Source: Rickettsiales bacterium (lineage in GTDB: Bacteria; Pseudomonadota; Alphaproteobacteria; Rickettsiales; UBA6187). From it: 64,000 bases of DNA. The stretch covers positions 16,098-80,097 of the forward strand of contig JBEVNR010000001.1 in NCBI GenBank assembly GCA_040507985.1. The letters run 5' to 3'. This document shows, in pieces, positions 60,065-64,000 of this stretch. Both the position numbers and the translations under genes were made by a program. How positions within the stretch are numbered: the stretch's first letter is position 1; every line of letters starts with the position of its first letter. The notes under the pieces were generated by a model. The model saw only the letters and a program-made list of their open reading frames with translations. It did not search any database and had not been told where the DNA came from.

Positions 60065-60691
60065 ATGACCGCCGTCACACGTTTTCGCGTTAAAGCCTTC
60101 TTCGCCCGTCCGCTTGTCGCCAATACGGTGAGGCTGGCGCTCGCCGGGTTTTTGCTGCTCTATATGGGGTATTATTTTAAGCTGATCGACATTCCCGCTT
60201 TTTCGCGCGACGATCCGGCGATAGAGGAAATCGCGTTTTTCGACGCGCCCATACAGCTTGGCGACGCCGACGCTTACGTGGACGGAAGGCGCACGTCGCT
60301 AAACGCCGCCGACAAACGTTTTCGCCTGGGGCTATTTTGGGCCTCGTGGTGCGGCGCATGCAAGGTGACGATTCCAAAAACGCTTGCCCTGCTGCCCGAA
60401 CTGCAAAAAAACGGCGTGGCGGTGGCGTTGGTGGCCACGCCCGATTCCCGCAGGGAAGTCTCTTCCGGCGTCAGGGCCGACGCCGCGCGCCTTTCCCTGA
60501 AGGACGGTGCCGCGCCGCTCGTGCTGGAGGACGACGGGAATATGTTGTTTTCCCGCCTGGAATTGCGTCGCGTGCCGCGTTTCGTCCTCATCAATAAAAA
60601 CGGCGAAGCGGTGGCGTACGCGCGGCTTAATCTAAACGCGCCCGATCTGCCGGCGACGCTGGGCGCGCTTGCCGCGCTGAACAACAAATAG
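60065..60691 (+). CDS. TlpA/ResA-like thioredoxin-fold thiol:disulfide oxidoreductase
   Basis: N-terminal membrane anchor and the active-site motif WASWCGACK (CxxC). I prefer the ATG at 60065 over the track GTG at 60026. Confidence 0.75.
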   Translation: MTAVTRFRVKAFFARPLVANTVRLALAGFLLLYMGYYFKLIDIPAFSRDDPAIEEIAFFDAPIQLGDADAYVDGRRTSLNAADKRFRLGLFWASWCGACKVTIPKTLALLPELQKNGVAVALVATPDSRREVSSGVRADAARLSLKDGAAPLVLEDDGNMLFSRLELRRVPRFVLINKNGEAVAYARLNLNAPDLPATLGALAALNNK

Positions 60692-60699
60692 GCGAAGCC

Positions 60700-61089
60700 A
60701 TGAAAAAAGCGGCGTTTCTGCTCTGCCTTGCCCTGCTTCCCTTAGGCGCGCAGGCCGCAGGGTACATTCCCACCACGGCGGCGCGGTTGTCGGTCATGTG
60801 CGACGCCTACGCCGGCGCCATGCAGGGAAAGCCTTACGACATGATGCTGGCGAAGGAATGCGAAGCCTATTTGTCGGGCTTTCTCGATTCTCTTATCGTG
60901 GCCGAGGCGATAAAGGGCGGACCGCTCGTGTGCAGCGACTCGCCGATTTTGCCGGGCGAGCTTCCCCTCGTGTTGCGGCAATGGATGAGCGCCAACATGC
61001 GCCGCGCGCAAGACGCCACGGCGGCGGTGGCGCTGTTCGGGGCCTTGTCCGAAAAATATCCCTGCCGTGGACGCGCAAGGCGAAATTAA
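60700..61089 (+). CDS. small periplasmic cysteine-containing protein (possibly Rap1a/Tai4-like fold)
   Basis: Signal peptide (LCLALLPLGAQA). The pattern C-x(16)-C-EAYLSGFLD ... C-x(n)-YPC resembles, from memory, Rap1a-type immunity-protein domains. This is a weak call. Confidence 0.4.
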   Translation: MKKAAFLLCLALLPLGAQAAGYIPTTAARLSVMCDAYAGAMQGKPYDMMLAKECEAYLSGFLDSLIVAEAIKGGPLVCSDSPILPGELPLVLRQWMSANMRRAQDATAAVALFGALSEKYPCRGRARRN

Positions 61090-61143
61090 GCGTAGCCTTC
61101 CCGAGAAATTCGCTTTATTCTGCGTCCCGCAACGCTAAAAAAG

Positions 61144-62046
61144 ATGGGCAGTATGACCGAAGATTGCGCCGCCTCGGCGGGCAGGGCCGCAAGTCCGGCG
61201 TTAGACGCCGTGCTCGGCAAGGAATTTCCCGCCCTCGACAAGGGATTCGTGCGGGTGGTCGACTATATGGGCAACGACGCCGCCGTGGTGCAGGCCGCGC
61301 GCGTCTCTTACGGAGCGGGAACGAAGAAAACGTCGGAAGACGCGGCGCTTATCCGCTACCTTATGCGCCATCGCCACACCACCCCTTTCGAGATGTGCGA
61401 AATTAAGTTTCACGTGAAGATGCCTGTGTTCGTCGCAAGGCAATGGATTCGCCACCGCACCGCCAGCGTCAACGAATATTCCGCCCGCTATTCGGTGCTG
61501 GAGGACGAGTTTTACGTTCCCGAGGCGCGTCACGTGGCCGGCCAGTCGGCGATCAACAAGCAGGGCCGGGGAGACACCGCCGCGCCGGAGAAAGCCTTGC
61601 GCGCGCAGGAAATTTTTCGCGAAGACGCGGCCCAATGTTACGCCCATTACCGCGAGTTGCTGGAAGAAGGGGAAGGCGGCTCTCCGGGCGTCGCGCGGGA
61701 ATTGGCGCGCATGAACCTTCCGGTGAGCGTTTACACCCAATGGTACTGGAAGATCGACCTGCATAATTTGTTGCATTTTCTGCATCTGCGCTCCGATAGC
61801 CATGCGCAATACGAAATTCGCGTCTATGCCGAGATTATCGAAAAAATCATCGCGCTGTGGACGCCGATATGTTTCGGCGCCTACGAAGACTATCGCAAGG
61901 GCGCCGTTTCCCTGTCCCGAGGGCAATGGGAGGCGGTGAAGGCCGCGCTGCGCGGCGAGGAATTTTCTTCTTTTGCGCGCGCGACGTCAAAAAGGGAGTG
62001 GAACGAGTTATGCGACGCGATGGAGCGCCCCGGCGACAAACTCTAA
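61144..62046 (+). CDS. thyX: FAD-dependent thymidylate synthase
   Basis: 300 aa with the ThyX motif RHRTASVNEYSARY. Confidence 0.95.
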   Translation: MGSMTEDCAASAGRAASPALDAVLGKEFPALDKGFVRVVDYMGNDAAVVQAARVSYGAGTKKTSEDAALIRYLMRHRHTTPFEMCEIKFHVKMPVFVARQWIRHRTASVNEYSARYSVLEDEFYVPEARHVAGQSAINKQGRGDTAAPEKALRAQEIFREDAAQCYAHYRELLEEGEGGSPGVARELARMNLPVSVYTQWYWKIDLHNLLHFLHLRSDSHAQYEIRVYAEIIEKIIALWTPICFGAYEDYRKGAVSLSRGQWEAVKAALRGEEFSSFARATSKREWNELCDAMERPGDKL

Positions 62047-63383
62047 TTTTCATCATTTTCCTGACGTTTCTCGCCGTGCATGCCTGCGCGCCGCGCGCCG
62101 ACGACTTCTTGGGCAGACGTCCTCCGAAAGGCCAAATCGAAAAACTCACGCGCCGCACGACCGCCTCGATGAACTCGGTGGAAACCGGTCGCCCCATACC
62201 CTACGGCCACGGCGTGCGGGGAGAGCAGGTGCGCCCGGCGAACCCCGCCTACGACCGCACCGCGCCGGGGGAGGACCCGTATTTCGACCGCCGCCTTCCT
62301 TCCGCGTCGGACGGAACCTACACGCATGAACCGGCCCAAACCTTTAACGTCGCGCTTATCCTCCCCTTAAGCGGCGACTACGCCATGCTGGGGCGGCAAA
62401 TGTTGCAGGCGGCGCAGCTCGCGCTGTTCAACCTGAAGGACCCCGCCGTCAACATCATGCCCTATGACGACAAGTCCGATCCGGTGACGGGCGCGCAAGC
62501 CTTTAGGGAAGCGCAAAAACACGACGTCGACGCGGTGCTCGGTCCGCTCTTCCGTCCGGTGGCGGACGCGGTGTCCGACGCGGCGCGGGGAAGCGGCGTG
62601 CCGATCGTCAGCTTCTCTAACGATACGGGCGTGACGGCAAAGGGCGCCTATGCGTTCGGCATGCTTCCCCAAACCCAATATGAACGCATGGCGAACTTCG
62701 CCTTGTCGCAGCGCATACGGGATTTTTCGTTGCTTGCCCCCAACAACGCCTATGGCGGCGCGGCCCTGGGCGCCACCCGTCGCGCGTTGCAAGGCCGGCC
62801 CGACGTTGCGTTCAGCCGCATAGAATTATATCGCGACGACCAATATGTCACGCCCGAGGCGCTGCGCGACCATATCGAGGCGGCGCTGGCGCCGCTGCTG
62901 AAGGGCAACGCCGCCTATTCCGCGCTGATTCTGCCCGAGACGAGTCCGCGCCTGCTCGAAATCGTGCGCATCGCGCGCGAGTTGCCGGATTTTTCGCAAA
63001 AAGTGCAGATCGTCGGCGACGCCGCGTGGACACAAAATCCCGAAATCATGCACGCCCCGCAATTGGCCGACGCATGGATCGCCATGCCGCCGCAAGACCG
63101 GCAATTGCTGTTCGAGCGCCGGTTTACCGGAGCCTACCGCCAGCCGCCCGGAAAGCTCGCCTCGCTCGCCTATGACGGGGTGAACATGCTGAGCGCAATT
63201 GCCCATCGCAACGGCGGTAAGATCATTCGCGACGCCGACTTGCAGCGCAGGGAAGGGTTTGACGGCATTTTAGGATCGTATCGATTTTCGCCCGATCGCG
63301 CCGTCCGCCGCGACATGGCGGTGTACCGCATAGACAATACCGGCAACGTGATTTTGCTCGACGCGCCGAGGGGAGATTTTTAA
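62010..63383 (+). CDS. periplasmic-binding-protein-fold lipoprotein (LpoA-like PBP activator / type I solute-binding family)
   Basis: NVALILPLSGDYAMLGRQMLQAAQLAL is typical of LivK/LpoA-type binding proteins. I prefer the ATG at 62010 (signal/lipobox FLAVHAC, AAGGGAG upstream), which overlaps the thyX 3' end by 37 nt. The track start at 61857 lies wholly within thyX. Confidence 0.7.
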   Translation: MRRDGAPRRQTLIFIIFLTFLAVHACAPRADDFLGRRPPKGQIEKLTRRTTASMNSVETGRPIPYGHGVRGEQVRPANPAYDRTAPGEDPYFDRRLPSASDGTYTHEPAQTFNVALILPLSGDYAMLGRQMLQAAQLALFNLKDPAVNIMPYDDKSDPVTGAQAFREAQKHDVDAVLGPLFRPVADAVSDAARGSGVPIVSFSNDTGVTAKGAYAFGMLPQTQYERMANFALSQRIRDFSLLAPNNAYGGAALGATRRALQGRPDVAFSRIELYRDDQYVTPEALRDHIEAALAPLLKGNAAYSALILPETSPRLLEIVRIARELPDFSQKVQIVGDAAWTQNPEIMHAPQLADAWIAMPPQDRQLLFERRFTGAYRQPPGKLASLAYDGVNMLSAIAHRNGGKIIRDADLQRREGFDGILGSYRFSPDRAVRRDMAVYRIDNTGNVILLDAPRGDF

Positions 63384-63483
63384 AAGCCGGCGCGTTTTTA
63401 TTTTTTTAGGGTTTTTTTATCTCCGACCGGCGGGTATAAAAAAAGCAAGTGCGCCTCATCGGTAACGGTGGTCTAACCTTGAA

Positions 63484-64000
63484 TCAAGATGGCATTTTCA
63501 GGAACACATTTTTCCGGATGTAGGCGCTATTGGAAAGCGCGCACCGTAGCAGCCGATGAAGCCAGGAATTCATATCCGGATCCTTTTCTGCAGATGCTAT
63601 ATTGACGCAATACTTAATAAGCGTCTCGCGCACTGTAACAAAACAGACGCGCAAATCTCCGGCAATTAGACTCTCTGACTCTTCCATCTCCGCACGCAAG
63701 TAATGCTCAAAAATAATGCAAAGAATTTCCATGGAAATTGCTTTCCCGGTGCCGTTATCAGCGGTAAGCTGGCGCATAGGTATTAAGTCCCAATGCTTCA
63801 GCGCCTTTACTAACGCAGGCATGTAATTTTTGTAAGCGTAAATTGTATTTGAGAAGGGCTGAAGGGGAGAGTCAGGTAAACATATCATAAGATTAAAAGA
63901 TTTTAACGTCGTGTTGAGGTAGTCTGACGTATAAAATATTTTAGAATCATCATCTTGAGAAGAAGATATTCTTCCCTTGAACGCGTGTGCGGTCCATATT
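63484..64000 (-). CDS. hypothetical orphan protein, C-terminal part (frame open to the right window edge)
   Basis: The frame of the listed 63484..63888 ORF has no stop between 63889 and 63999 (codon-by-codon check), so the gene likely starts beyond the window. AT-richer than the core genes. No motif recognised. Confidence 0.4.
   Translation of the reverse strand, partial: IWTAHAFKGRISSSQDDDSKIFYTSDYLNTTLKSFNLMICLPDSPLQPFSNTIYAYKNYMPALVKALKHWDLIPMRQLTADNGTGKAISMEILCIIFEHYLRAEMEESESLIAGDLRVCFVTVRETLIKYCVNIASAEKDPDMNSWLHRLLRCALSNSAYIRKNVFLKMPS

Overview
All calls are by-eye motif and alignment reading; no searches were run. This is a high-GC alphaproteobacterial-type chromosome segment. A few hand-counted 60-nt lines give about 60% GC in core genes.

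Most of the window is tightly packed housekeeping genes: mrdA, lepA, tgt-queA, rpsU, thiC, serA, purL, htpG, gltX, radA, pepP, a CPA2 antiporter, an SNF2/SWIM helicase, phaC, sdhCDA, topA and thyX. Several visibly AT-richer islets interrupt them and encode orphan proteins.

Accessory content:
- Three paralogous prepilin-type proteins (G|FSLVE class-III signal) at two loci, plus a PilM-PilN-like fusion at a third.
- An orphan virB8-virB9 pair followed 1 nt later by an OmpR-type response regulator.
- A two-gene remnant of a gene-transfer-agent tail module (g12/g13-like).
- An islet next to tRNA-Lys(UUU) with a frameshifted integrase remnant and a coiled-coil orphan.
- A Pro/Gln-rich tandem-repeat orphan.
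- A full-length but motif-degenerate E1-alpha-like ORF.
- A CsgG-centred locus with long-period curlin-like repeat proteins and no recognisable csgE, csgF or csgD.

Intergenic DNA carries a family of about 140-150-bp palindromic MITE-like elements and a hairpin/AATTCATGTTTT module. The module core recurs, in gene orientation, upstream of virB8 and both large orphan genes. I saw no rRNA, CRISPR array or intact transposase.

The best candidates for something new are the CsgG locus, the dispersed pilin/PilMN set, and the virB8-virB9-regulator unit with its possible shared cis-motif.
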